A DNA stretch of 64,000 nucleotides from Haplodiscus bocki (GCA_965655095.1 OZ296648.1:190216001-190280000), one strand, 5' to 3'; counted from the first letter of the stretch, positions 23,801-36,640 are shown. Notes: a model not told the origin generated them from the letters alone. A program made the numbers and translations.

Positions 23801-26001
23801 TGTCTCTCACATAAGTAGATAAACCATAAATGGGCTTTTCGTTGAGTTTGCTCGAGCAAAGGCGGTATTATTAATTTTTCAAGGTTCTCTGAATGATTTT
23901 CTTGAACTGAAATTGTGGATAATCTGTTTTCCTTGTATTTTTGAAGGATATCAGGCTTGTGAATCCTTCGACGTTTGATTGAAGAATATTAGCTCCAGGG
24001 TTAACGAGTTGATGAGACATTATAAGGGATAGAGACAGATATAGCAAACTGTTGGTAGTTATTCAAATCATGTAGAAGGGTGTACCGCGAGAATATCGTC
24101 TACTTTCACACCCCTTTAGCCACAAAAGAATCAAGTAGGACAAAAATGCATTTGCTGCTGCATTGAATAGGTTCTTGAGCTTCAGTCTTGACAAAGAATT
24201 TACTTTGAGTATGGAGCGAGCTTCCTCGTCCCTTGGGCGCCTGTTGTCATCCTGTCCAAAACTTGCAATTTGTGACGTCATCGGAGTCTAGTGGTGTTGT
24301 GAAAACGGTCCAAAATGTTCTCTCCGAGCCATATGGCTTCTAGTTTCTTTTTCCATTTCAAAAGAAAGCTAATTTCCAAACAGTAGTTTAAACAAAATTA
24401 ACAACAGCGTGCTTAAAGGTCTTTCTGGACATACCATTTTAAATTTCAAATGTGTGGTGCACGATCTTGTTATTTTTGACATTGCATGTTGTGTCTGGTT
24501 TTCATGAACATTGGGTTTTGAAATTGCGTGACTTGAAAAGGACATGACTGTGAGATCACATGTTTGAGTTTGAGGCATTTTCACAGGTACTTGTCTCAAG
24601 TCTACTTCGAACGAAGGCGTGATTGACGGCCAGTGTAGTGTTTCTAAAAGTGTAAATCATGTATCCAATCAACCTCAAATGTCTCTTTGGATCTGCGATA
24701 GGTTAAATTTGTTCTTGATATCAACTGACTAGTCAATGTGTTGCGAATTTCAGCTTTGCCTCTGTGATCAAAAATATCAATTTTTGGTAATTCGTTCAAT
24801 TCCAATTTGTTTTTACTTCTCTAATTTCTCAGTGCTCAATGCTTAGAATCCTTGATTCTATGATTACACTTGCGCAAGCAAGTGTTATGTCACAGGCTCC
24901 TTTTTCGATAAAAAAAATCTGTTCACAACTCGCATTTGTGCCTATTATTCTAATATTGCTTAGATTTTGTTCATGCGCTCTCGCTTTCTTGCAATTTTTT
25001 TCGCGCTGCCGCATATCTGCAAAAATTTGTTCACGAGGGCTTTTTTCCAGCGTGCGGGATTTTTTAAATACAAAGCGAAATGACTGCTATAGCCCTTTGT
25101 ACTTGTAACAATTGTATAAAAGGTTAGAAGAATTAACTGAGTTAACTAAATTTCTGTTCAATGGGTTATTTAGCAGTTTTCCTAGTACCGTGGCTCCTTG
25201 AAAATTCAGCTCTACTTGTTCGAATTGTTTAATAGTATTCAGCTGAAGCTAGTTTTGCGAAATGTTGTTCAAAATGAGAAATTCTCTTGCAGAACTGTAA
25301 TAATTTAAAACATCATTTAATATGTGTAATTTTTGTAAGAGGAACAATTTTCTTCGGCTATTTATTTAGATATGCAACGTTTGTGCTGATAATGTACTAA
25401 ATAGAATTGGGAGAAAATGAAGTATAGATTCTTTTATCAGTGGGACGTTTTTGGTCTTCGATCTGTTTTTTCCTTAATTTGCTGAATGAATCTTTCCGTT
25501 TATAATTTGTTTCACATGTTTATTACGTGAGAAAGTGTTCCATCAAGTCTAATAATGTAAACTGTTTCAATCATAAAAAACTGCCAAAATGTATGAAAAT
25601 AATGCTCTTCGAATAACTGTCTAAGCCACATCAACGTTTGTGGTATTTTTCTTTTTCTTACAAACCGCCATCATCCTACGTAGTTTTATTTATAATTAAA
25701 GACAATGCACGCAATTTTTCACGCCTACCAATCTAGTTTTGAAAATAACATCTAGATTGTATATAACATATATATATTTTTAATACCCATTTCGAATTGT
25801 GTGCTATTTTTGTTGTTTCCGTTGGAGGTTTTTGATATCCGATCAATTTTTTTTTCGTTGATTTGCAAAGAGAGACTTTCCTTTGTGTTATCGCTGAAAA
25901 ATGTTTTCTATTATGTGGTTTTTTTGTTTTTTCAGTGAGAGGTTTTGGTAGTGGTAGCATTAGTATTTATTGATCTGTGAGAGGGAGGAGGCTGCTTCAC
26001 G

Positions 26002-26222
26002 ATGAGGTGGACTAAAAAGGTCTGCAGTATTCGCTCTATGATCATCATCATCCTCCTGCTCTCTTTCACACTCTTCCTGGTAACTGTGTACCCTCCGGAC
26101 TGCAATTCCCCTAGTCCCTTGTTCGGAGAGAGGGGCAGCTTCCCTGTGAACGTGAACAAGGCCGGCTCCTCCAGAATATCCATGAACACCGTCGCTAAGT
26201 CGGGCAACAGAACTTTCACAAG
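26002..26222 (+). CDS. TPST: Tyrosylprotein sulfotransferase, coding exon 1 (type II membrane anchor + stem)
   Basis: ATG at 26002, a basic N-terminus, then hydrophobic MIIIILLLSFTLFLVTVY. Donor AG|gtgcag (phase 2) fits the next exon in frame. Confidence 0.8.
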
Positions 26223-27583
26223 GTGCAGCTAAGTTGCGATGAGACTATTGTGTAATTAAATGGGTCGAAAATGAGAATTAAATTGACTGTTTCTGTTTTG
26301 CGCCCGAATTGACACTATGAAAAATTGGAAATTTCAAGATAAAATGAATCCTTTTAATTGTGTTTCTTATTAAAATGAAAGCGTTTTTTAGTATATCTAA
26401 GCCTAAATTAAATTTTTACACATTCTTACTGAAAGGAAGATATGTATTGAAACCGGCTTGGCTTATGCATATTTATTTATCCTGCCCAAAACTTGCATTT
26501 TGACATCATCAGAACGTCTTTAAAAAATGGTGTAGAGTAAACAGTCAGAAATGCTCGACAGGCTTTTCTCTGTTTTTGTGCACGAAAAACTGCTATTTTC
26601 GTTGGAAGTGGTCTGAAAAAAATGAACAGGTCCTAAAATGTCATGTCTCATACATCAATTTTAACATGGGACATTGTGGCAGGCACTTGTTAATTTGCGC
26701 GTTGTAAAAAGGGCAAGCTTCGTAAACATTGGGCTGTAAAACGACGTAACCTATAAAGACGTGATTGTCAGATCAAATGCTTGAATGTGAGAAAGTGAGA
26801 CAGATATTTTCTCAATGGCTGGTGTTTGATTCTTTCGGACAATCGTTTGTTTGACAGCTGGTGTAAGTATTTTAAAAGTGCCAATCATGGTTTGAAATAA
26901 CTCCCGGGATCTTTGATCAATACTAACAAGTCAGAATGTGTTGCGAAGATCCGCTTCGATTCTGTGTGATGTTTTAACTGAAGATCGCAAAGCGAAAAAC
27001 TGTCAGAAAAAAAAAAATTAATGTGACACAAGATGAACTTTTCCTGAGTTTTTCATGATACATGAATGCAAAAACGATTCACGAAACTCCCCCCCCCCCC
27101 CCTAATACGCTATCGTGTACGATACAAGATAAGAACAAAAATACGCTATCAACACATTTGTTTGGAAAAACACATTACGGTGTTCCTCAGGGTTCAAAGA
27201 TTTTGTCTCATTATTAACTTTGACAATGACATTAATTTGAAAAGCAATGTGCTTTCCGGTACATTTTTTGAAATTCGAAAGAGGCGGAATATGTTTCATG
27301 TCGAAATTTTATTGAGACTTCGGAAAGTTTGAATTTTACTAAGTACTTATAGTGTTACTCGGTTTTTGTTTTGACGCTTTTTGGTACGGCATTTTGGGAC
27401 CTCGTCACAAATAAGGAATTTCGTGCGACATTTGAATTTTGTTCCAAAACACAGCAAAGCCACGTGAAGTACAGGAGGGACCATCATAGTAGCTGTGAGA
27501 GCATACAAATGAAAAAATTCAAAATTTTGCGAAGTCCTATCCGCCTTGGGCGGCTATGTTTCGTAATAATGTCTCATCCTTAG

Positions 27584-27993
27584 GCACAACCCTATCATTT
27601 TCGTGGGCGGTATGCCAAGAAGTGGTACCACCCTAATGCGAGTCATCTTAGACGCGCACCCTTACGTTTTGTGTGGCGAAGAAACCCGAGTAGTGCCCAG
27701 GATTCTGCAAATGCGGCAACAATGGTCCAAGTCTAAAGTAGAAAGCACGAGACTGCAGGAAGCCGGGTTGACGGACGATGTTCTAGACGCCGCTACAGCT
27801 GCCTTCATTATAGAGATTCTTGCCAAACACGCGTCTACGCACGCCAAGTCCATGCTGTGTGACAAAGACCCCTTCAACCTAAAACAGATCCTGTATCTCA
27901 AGCACCTCTTTCCCAACTCGAAGTTTCTGTTGATGATCAGAGACGGCAGAGCCACAGCGCATTCCATAATCACAAGAAAAGTCACCATTTCGG
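27584..27993 (+). CDS. TPST: Tyrosylprotein sulfotransferase, coding exon 2
   Basis: Acceptor cttag|[31 protein letters not shown] (5'-PSB loop), [30 protein letters not shown] (3'-PB). Donor G|gtaagt. Confidence 0.97.
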
Positions 27994-28293
27994 GTAAGTT
28001 TTTTTTTGCAAGAAAAGGTGTCCGACTATTGCAGTGACTTTTTTGTAAGACGCTTACCCAAAGTTTCTCTTAAAAACAAAAGGGTACCCGTACGGCACTG
28101 AGACAAAAAAATTCGACAGAAAGAATTGATATCTACTTTGTACAAACCGAAAATTCTCCAAAACGCACTCCTAAAGTCTCGTACGCGAAGGAGATATCCT
28201 TCGTACGCGAACACCATATTTTTGAAAATATCAAAACAAAACCAATATTTTTATGATACCCCCTCCACACATCACCAAACGTCAGAAAAACGA

Positions 28294-28458
28294 NNNNNNN
28301 NNNNNNNNNNNNNNNNNNNNNNNNNNNNNNNNNNNNNNNNNNNNNNNNNNNNNNNNNNNNNNNNNNNNNNNNNNNNNNNNNNNNNNNNNNNNNNNNNNNN
28401 NNNNNNNNNNNNNNNNNNNNNNNNNNNNNNNNNNNNNNNNNNNNNNNNNNNNNNNNNN
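28294..28458. other. Assembly gap (165 N) followed by a (TG)n microsatellite
   Basis: Run of N; (TG)n at ~28461-28502. Confidence 0.99.
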
Positions 28459-28837
28459 CCGTGTGTGTGTGTCTTTTTGTTTGTGTGTGTGTGTGTGTGT
28501 GTCCTTCTCTCTCCTCTTGTTCAGTATCTCAACATTTCTGAGGCGTATCGAAGTTTTGTGTCCCGCTGATAGGTTGCGCCGACTTTGAGCTGTGCCAGGC
28601 TTGTTCTACTGTAACAAAAGCCGGGAAAACCTTTTAATGATGGAGAAGAGCGTGACTTGTTTCTGAAATTCTTTTGGAATATGCAGAGGTGAGTGTCACG
28701 AAAAATTTTGGTATTAGCTGTTTCGCAGAATTTCTTGCAAAATCAAGAGGCTCCAAAAACTGGTGTTTGTTTGTGTTTTTGAAGGAAATATTTGGTGTCC
28801 TGAAGGAAATGGGGTGTTATATATGTGGTACGGAGCT

Positions 28838-29240
28838 TTCAAAGTAGTTGGCATTCGTGAATCTTAAACAAAGCATCGGAAATACCATAAAATCGTCTCA
28901 TCTCGTCTGCCATTTGTCAAAATTGACACCTCCAGAGCTAATTGTCAAAGTCTATCATTATAATTAAAATTCACGTTATCAAAAATGTCTAATTAAAATT
29001 CACGTTATCAAAAATGTCTAATTAAAATTCACGTTATCAAAAATGTCTAGACTTTTTCAATCAATAGGGACGTTTTTAAACATTTTGACTGAAAGGCAGA
29101 ATGTGGATTTAAAACCGGCCTGTGCTTAGTTTTTTATCCTGTCCAAAACTTACATTTTGTGACTTCATCTGAGAGTCTAGTCATCTAGTGCAAAGGGTCA
29201 AAAGGGGCGTGTTTTGAAACATTTTGACAGGTATTGGTTT
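28838..29240 (+). repeat. Dispersed repeat copy closely similar to ~49803-50150, with a 29-bp unit triplicated at 28961-29047
   Basis: ctttcaaagtagttggcattcgtgaatctta... occurs at both loci. taattaaaattcacgttatcaaaaatgtc is present x3 here and x1 at ~49923. Confidence 0.85.
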
Positions 29241-31677
29241 ATTTTCGCGTTCCGAGAGTGCAAAATTTTTTAGCATTGGTCTAAAAGCGTTCCAATATAA
29301 CAGCGTTCTAAAAGTTTACAGTGTTTTGAATATGAGTCGGTAACCAAGACGTCGGAACTTCTTCCAAATTGGCGCATAGCGCTTGCCAATCACCAAAAAT
29401 GACACATGCCCTGAATCTCAACTTTTGAAAATTTTGGTTCAGATTATGAAAGTTGTTTACACTTATTTGACCGAAATTATGCAACTTTGTTTTCGATATT
29501 TCAATCAAGAGTCACAAGTCATCATGGTTGACAAGTGAGATAGTAAATTTTTGAAGCTGTTTTGACGTCTTGTTGACAACTATTAGCCATTTTGAGAGTT
29601 CCGAATTTTGTAGAAGTAACGTTTTTCTTGAGACACCTAGATTTTTGCGTTCTTTAATGCGTGAATCTTTTAATCATTGGGCTGCAAAATGGAGAATCTA
29701 AAAATACATGATTGACAGTTCAACTTTTCGAATATTAGACACCGTGAGAAAGACTAATCTCAAATCGAATTTTGAGAACATTCTTTCGTTAGACATCTGT
29801 TGTAGTATTTCTAAAAGTGTATCCGATCAAACTTCAGATATCTCTGAGGACCTTTAATGTGTAAGTTTGATCTTTGATCTCAACTGAGAAGTGAGAATAT
29901 GTCACGAAGTTCTGCTTGGCCTCTGTGTAGCAACTGTCTTCCAATTCACGCCGAGTTTTGCTCAAAATGGTTATTCGACAGTTTCTTCTGGCCATCTCGA
30001 CTATACAAAATGCCATCTGATTTTTACAAAACTTCCTTCTGCTTTCCAAATCGACTTCTTAACTACAAATGCATCAAGTACGCTAAAAACGCTGGGCTCT
30101 TACTCTGATGAAGTTCTTCGAGCCTAGTTCATAACAGAGAATTTATTTTGAGTGTAGATGGTGCCTCTTCAATCCCAGGGTGCCTGTTTTTTTCTGTACA
30201 AATTTTGTTTTTTTTTTGTAACTTCATCAGAGTCTGGTGGTGTTGTGAGAATGGTCAACAATGACCTTTTTAAGATATATGGGAAGTACTGATTTCTGCA
30301 TTTTAAAAAAAGCTTTTTTTCCAAACACAAGCTTGATCAAAAATAACAACACCGTGCTAAAAGGTCTGGTTTGAAATAGGAATATTTTGAGTATCGAAAG
30401 TGTGGTGCGGGATCTTGTTCGTTTTGACTTGGCACACAGAGTCTCTATTTCATAAACTTTGATTTGTAAAATAGTAAAACTTGAAAAGGACATGACTATC
30501 AGATCACATGATTAATATGAGGCATTTTCACAGTTAGTTGTCTCAATTCAATTTCTTCGAACAAATGATTGATTGATGGCTGGTGTAGTTTTCCGAAGTG
30601 TAAGTCGGGTATCCGATCAATATTAAATGTCTTTCTGTATCTGCGATGGGTTGCGTTTGTTTTGATGTAAACTGGCAAGTGAATGTGTAGCGAAGTTCCG
30701 CTTTGCCTCTGTGCTCATGTCCTTAAATTGGCCACCCGCCAGCTTTTTACGCTGGACGAGCGTTTTCGTTACGTTCACAACTTGCGCAAGATGATAGTGA
30801 GCCTAATATTGCCAGTATAAAGGAATGGTCTAATGGTTAATAGCAAGGAGTTTTTGTTGATGAACTGCCATCCGTGGTTCCAATCCCATCGCTGCAAAAA
30901 AGTTTGTGATTGATTTCATCTTTCTCGTTTTTGGTGCTTTTTTCGGTCAAAAATGACTAATTTCTCAATTGGCAGACATCAATTTCTGGTGCGTTTGAGG
31001 ATTTTTTCAACTTCACTCAGAAGCGAAAATTTTCTTCATGTTTACCGATAATTCCTATTGTTCCGAAAAAAAACCTTTACGTTCTCGTGGAAATTGAGCT
31101 CAAAGTTCTCCCCCTATGGCTTTTTGCTTTTGATTTTTGTTTTCCTATCAGTTCAAATTTTTCGCGCGCAGTTTCGGGAAGCTGAAACCAAGTTTTAATT
31201 TTGAATTTCTTGGCAACTTTTGTGGGAAAAGTTGCATGTTTTCGTGTTTTTGAGTTTACAGTAATTTTACTGTTTTTTCCGCAACTTTCGCTTTTTTGAA
31301 TCACGTTTTTAACTAAGCATCCAGCATAATTCAATACGAAAAGTAAGTTGAGAACTCTTCACAAAAGCTCCCAGAAACTTACGTATTTGGTTTTAAAGCA
31401 GGCCAGAAGAAGCCAAGTTCCCGACTTTCCCAGAACTTTCAAGCTTTTTCCTTTGAGATCAATTTTCTAGCTACGAGACCAGGTTAGTTAATACAATTAC
31501 GGAACCACGAGAGTTGTTGAATATAGTGAGAAGTTCCAAAGTCGTTGGTTATTGAGTTATTTAGGCGGTTTACAGAAAACAGGAAATGTATTGTTCCGGT
31601 TTTCGCTGGATTTTCACTCTGTCTGCTGAGTATTTTTTTAGCTTCACGCTGGTCCGAAACCATCGTCAGCTGACATT

Positions 31678-32675
31678 AATAATATAGTAAACTCCGGCTT
31701 TGCCACTAACTTCGCTTCGCTCGCCTGGTAGCAAATCCGTAGTTTACCCGTTCCCTTCGCTTCGCTCCGGTCACTTATATTATTGTTCGACCCTACGGGT
31801 CTCATCTTTACTCGCTCCGCTCGTGGGATGCTCGACTAACGTCTCGCATAGTAAATAATATCTACGTATAACTTACCTTTGTTTAGTGATGTATACATAA
31901 CCATGCTCGTATTCGGTAAAATGTTTTTTTCTCATATATAACATATATTTCCACCTTTATGTGAACATATAATTAACAGAAAATTTTACACGTACACATT
32001 TACATTACAAGCGAGACTGCACTACCAGTTATGTCGACATAATACACGAGATTAAAAATACCACTACCAATTATCTCGACATAACGCATACACGAGATTG
32101 AAAGTTCACTACTACCAATTATGTCGACATAACGCATACACGAGACTGAAAAGTTCACCATTATCATCTATGTCGACATAACAGAATATGTGTATTTGTT
32201 TTTGTCTCTTTCTATTCTGTCTCCTATAGCAGATTGGCACTGTAGAAGGACATCGACAAAAGTGCAGGCTTGGCGGAGTGTTTGGGGGTTCACTCCTTGA
32301 TACGTATCCCCAGTCTTTGTCGTACAATCGCTATGATGCTATAGGAGGAACTTTCCATGTCTTGATGCTTGAAAAAGTTGACTAGATCGAGGGGAACTCT
32401 GCCAGGAATGCTCACTCGGATTTGCTAGAAATAGTAGATTACAGAGTTGGCCAGTGGAGTTTTTGCAAAACTTTTTCTCCAAGGAATACTTTCATGCGAA
32501 ATATTGTGAATTGTTTTCCGATATCCATTTACGACATGCAAAATGGAAATGATTGTTTAACTCATTACAATGAGTTTTTACATATTCTGGATTTTGAGAT
32601 AGTATTATAAAAAATTGTATTTGCATTATTGGTATAGGAAATTTTCAAAAGTAAGTTCTATTTATATTTGACAGA
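31678..32675 (+). repeat. Polinton left terminal inverted repeat
   Basis: Ungapped reverse complement of ~45026-46023; 31806-32441 is identical to 45260-45895. Confidence 0.97.
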
Positions 32676-32830
32676 TTACTATAAATTTTTTATTGTTAGT
32701 TTATGTGTAAAACCATTTTCTCGTATGTAATAAATAACATGTTGTTTCATTTTTTTATCGATAACAGTTTTATTTTTTATTATATAAAACTGTAAAGACA
32801 ATGAATGATAATTCAAATTTAATCTTCAAA

Positions 32831-33280
32831 CTAAATCACAATAGGTTTGACTATCCCGTTTTTCATTACTTTTCTATTAATACTTTTAATACATTTTATA
32901 ATATGTCGAGGAGCATTCTTATAATAAGATAAAGGTGCAGAATTCGTTAACGACAAATAAAATTCTTCATAGTTGTTATCAATATTTGGTAAATGGATAG
33001 GTTCTTCTATCACATGTTCAGGACTTTTTGTAGGTATAGTTCCATTTTCATATATCTCATTTCCATTCTCGATCCACACATGTAAGCAATAATATTTATT
33101 ATTTCTTATTGAAAAGTTTTTAATGATTTTAGACTCTGGAACATATTGATTGAATAAGTAATTTCCCAAAACACAAACACCACTAATGTTATTTTTCTGA
33201 AATTCTTTCATAAAGATTTCTATTAAATCTTCTAATATGTTTTTAAATATTACAATATTTTTACAATAAAAAAATGACAT
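32831..33280 (-). CDS. Polinton accessory ORF, possible transglutaminase-like (Cys-His) protein
   Basis: Uninterrupted 149-aa frame with GVCVLGN ... LHVWIE ... IYE.GT. Confidence 0.45.
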   Translation of the reverse strand: MSFFYCKNIVIFKNILEDLIEIFMKEFQKNNISGVCVLGNYLFNQYVPESKIIKNFSIRNNKYYCLHVWIENGNEIYENGTIPTKSPEHVIEEPIHLPNIDNNYEEFYLSLTNSAPLSYYKNAPRHIIKCIKSINRKVMKNGIVKPIVI

Positions 33281-33359
33281 ATTAATTTTTGTAACAATTT
33301 CACAAATACATTATTGATTACAGACTCTTGAATCATTTTCATTATAGTTGTCATATAAC

Positions 33360-36300
33360 ATGAATTATAATAAGGAAGCATATAACCAAATTCGTTTGGA
33401 GCTTCTCTTTTCAATAGATTTAAGTTAGCTTCGAATTCTTTATTTTCGTTAATTTGATTATTAAATTTATTACACCTTCTTTTTTCCTTACATTCATTAC
33501 AAAATCTCATTTTCGTACGTATAATTATTCCGCTATTAGGCGATTTTTTCCAGCTTTTAGGCAAGAAAGCAGATTTTTTTAGCTTCTATCATTTTAAGAT
33601 ATTGAGAACGATCCAATAATCGTTTACTATCATTGAATCCTTTGAAGGTTTTATGATCTTGTACAATACCAGATTTATCTATAGTTAAACAGTACTTTAT
33701 TTTTGGTGCTAGAAATAAACCATAAAATATTCCGCCTGTTTTATAATCATTTTTGCCTTGACATATCTCTTCTCCAACTAGTTTAGCTTTATCCAACACA
33801 TCCCAATATACTTTTCAATTTATAGTGAATCGGTATCTGAATAATATCTTTTATTTTTGTAGAATCCATCTTTTTCTCTGATAAATTTATTCATAATTCT
33901 TTTACTATTGCTTAAGATAAAAGCTCCGAGATGTGCAGGCAGATTGTTTTTAATGTCACAATCGTCATCTAATCTCTCATCTTTTCCCTTTTTCACAATA
34001 TAATTTTCATTAGGCAATTTCCAATAATGCAAAATATTTTCGTCAAATTCTGTTTTCATCCAAGTTTCTGACTTACAATAATATTATTCATTAATATCTT
34101 TTCGTATTTGAACTCCTTATAAACTGTTCAATAATAATTTAACTAACCCTTGCATTAAATCGTTTTTTTTTCGTCTTATATTTTTGTCTTTTCTATAACT
34201 TTTCTCAAAGGTGATATCTTTAAGTTTTCTCGATAAATAACACCTCCGTAAATTCGCATTACATTCCCACCTATTTTAACAATTTCTTGAATATCAACAC
34301 TAGTTAAAGAATCTATAATATTATCATTTCGCATTCTATTAACTTCTATGATTTTATTTTTTTCTTTGATCGGTAATTCTTGAACTATAAGATTTGGTGG
34401 ATTGTAATTTTTCATTTTTAAAATTGCGCTATCATTGCAATCTTGATTAAAAGATTGATCATTGAAATCGTTAACCAACACCTCGTTCATATAAGGTTTA
34501 AATGTATAACCAGTTCCTTTTTTTTAGGATAAACACTATCATTATCCCACATTGCAGAAGGATATAAACTAGTAGCGTCAAAATCCATTGGAGTTTTTCA
34601 AATCTAATTTTAACAACTCCTTATGAAATGGTAACATGTTAAGTTTTTTGTTAATATAATCAGTTTTTTTCCTTTCGGTTAATTTTTCTATAATCCTCAT
34701 ATTTTGAATCCAATTCTTTTGCATATAGTTTTTCATATTTGTTTAAAAATTCAAAATACCTCTTAGTAGATCACATATGTTACCGTTAACGTTTAATTTT
34801 TTTGAAATAATAATAAAAACCTCGTCGCTAGTTTTAGATTTATAATGTTCAATCAAAGAATTACATCTACCGCCCTTAATCGGATTACGTACAAAATTTC
34901 TCATAAAGGATCGGCGTATATAAAATTTGGTTGGTCGTTTTCATCTCTTAAATTATTGAAATATTTTTTTGCTGAAGAGGGTAATGTTAACGAGTTTTTC
35001 ATACTCAATTCTGTCAAATCTTCCATACCCATTGTATATCTAGCATAACAAAAAGCTGTTGATAATACGTCATTTTTAACATAAGGTAACCATTTGTTTT
35101 TCGTAGCTTCCCAAGTATCCTCATAATTTTTATCATGTTCCATTTCTTGTTTTAATAATGAAGGTTGTAATTCATAACTGATGCCTATTTTTTTCAAAAT
35201 TCTCTTATTATGAACTCTTTCACATCTAAAATGAACATATTGAAGTTTTTTTTTATTTTCATCTACATATCCATTAATTATTTGAAGTGAAATAATACCA
35301 GCTCCGTTTTTAATTAATTTAACAACGCTTCGCCATTGAGGTAGATTGTTTAATACTACATAACTATTAAAACCAGATCCATTATGCGCTATCATATATA
35401 GATTATATTCAAATATCTTATTTTTTACTTTTTAGCTTCTCCCTTTAATGATGAAACTTGATCTAACATATCATTAATACAACCACTTGGTTTAAAAACA
35501 AAACAATCATTTAAACCTTTTGATATTTTTTTTCTGATATACCTCGATTGTATTTACCTGATGTTTTACTTAGTTTATATATACAATTACAATACGGAAC
35601 AGCTCTATCTTTCTTATCAGTCTCTAAATCAAACACAATATTATTGCTTAATGGAGATTGAACTTCTTCAGGTTTGTATTCATGTTTAAAAAAACTTTTA
35701 ACGTGTTTGTCAGATATAACATTATCAATAACTTTAAAGTTTAATTTCAACTTCACTTCTATTGCTTGATTAAAACAAATACGATTTGATTTCCAAATTA
35801 AACAGAATTGATTATTATGTATGAACGATGATTTATTTCTTTGAGTTGTATTTCGCGATTTTATTCTCGTTCCAGCAAAACAACCAATGTTGATATTATA
35901 TTTTTTACAAAATGGTTGAATTCTAGCAGAGGTCATTACTCCTGATCGATATTTTTCATTTCTAATGAAATCCTTCTGTAAAATCTTTATTAGTGAAATA
36001 GTTGATACATTTTATAAAACCGAACACAGAAGTTGGTATATAACAGTTTTGTCCACGATATTCGAGAATCTCTTTCATGTAATTAGCACCTTAGCATAAG
36101 CACTTAGTTTAACAACTTTGAATTGGGGTGTGTTTAATTTGTAAACATAACAGTAAAAGTAACATTTTCGCTATCATAATCAATATCTATTGCATTTATA
36201 TAACTTTCAAAATCATCCATATTTCTAAATCTGATTTGTTTTTCGTTCAACGGGTCCTATAACCATCAATCCATTTAACTCAAACTTACACGTGTAATCT

Positions 36301-36590
36301 ATTAATTTTTCATTTTTAATTTCATGTGATTTTAAACCATTTACATATATTTTATTGCTTGTTGCTAATTCAAAAAATCTACCTGAATCAATGTCTTGTT
36401 CTATCATTTTTTCTCTTTTTTGCTTTCTTTCTTTTTGTTTTTTTAAATTAATTTCGTTTTGTTTTCTAATCAAAGCTCTTTTTTTATTTACTTCATATTG
36501 CTTTTTCTTTTGTAATTTTGTTTTTTGTGATTGATGATTGTCTCTATATCGTTTCACAGCTAATCGAGTTTTGTTCATTACACTGTTCAT
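33360..36590 (-). pseudogene. Protein-primed family B DNA polymerase (pPolB), disrupted
   Basis: Exo I VFDLET, Exo II AHNGSGFN, Exo III YVKND. Motif A DFDATSLYPSAM (~34550-34588), motif B KLLLNSL*G (~34115-34140), motif C YSDTDS (~33826-33843), then FLAPKIKYC. The N-terminal limit is uncertain. Confidence 0.93.
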
Positions 36591-36640
36591 TTATAAAAAT
36601 AAATTTTTTGAAAAATAGCTTTTCAATAAAAACGTAATAA

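Noticed and set aside
28126-28588. ORFs spanning the N run
   Set aside because: Artefacts of the assembly gap.
31682-31686. Alternative Polinton boundary AG...CT (31686-46015) with a 4-bp ATAT TSD
   Set aside because: Boundaries 31678-46023 are equally symmetric and give a perfect 6-bp GACATT TSD, the size expected for Polintons.
32012-32181. CRISPR-like look of regularly spaced palindromes
   Set aside because: The 'spacers' resemble each other, the context is eukaryotic and there are no cas genes; this is a tandem repeat inside a TIR.
32112-32327. Identical 71-aa ORFs at 32112-32327 (-) and 45374-45589 (+)
   Set aside because: Identity simply reflects the TIR core. The start is non-ATG, the ORF crosses the palindrome array, and there is no recognisable motif.
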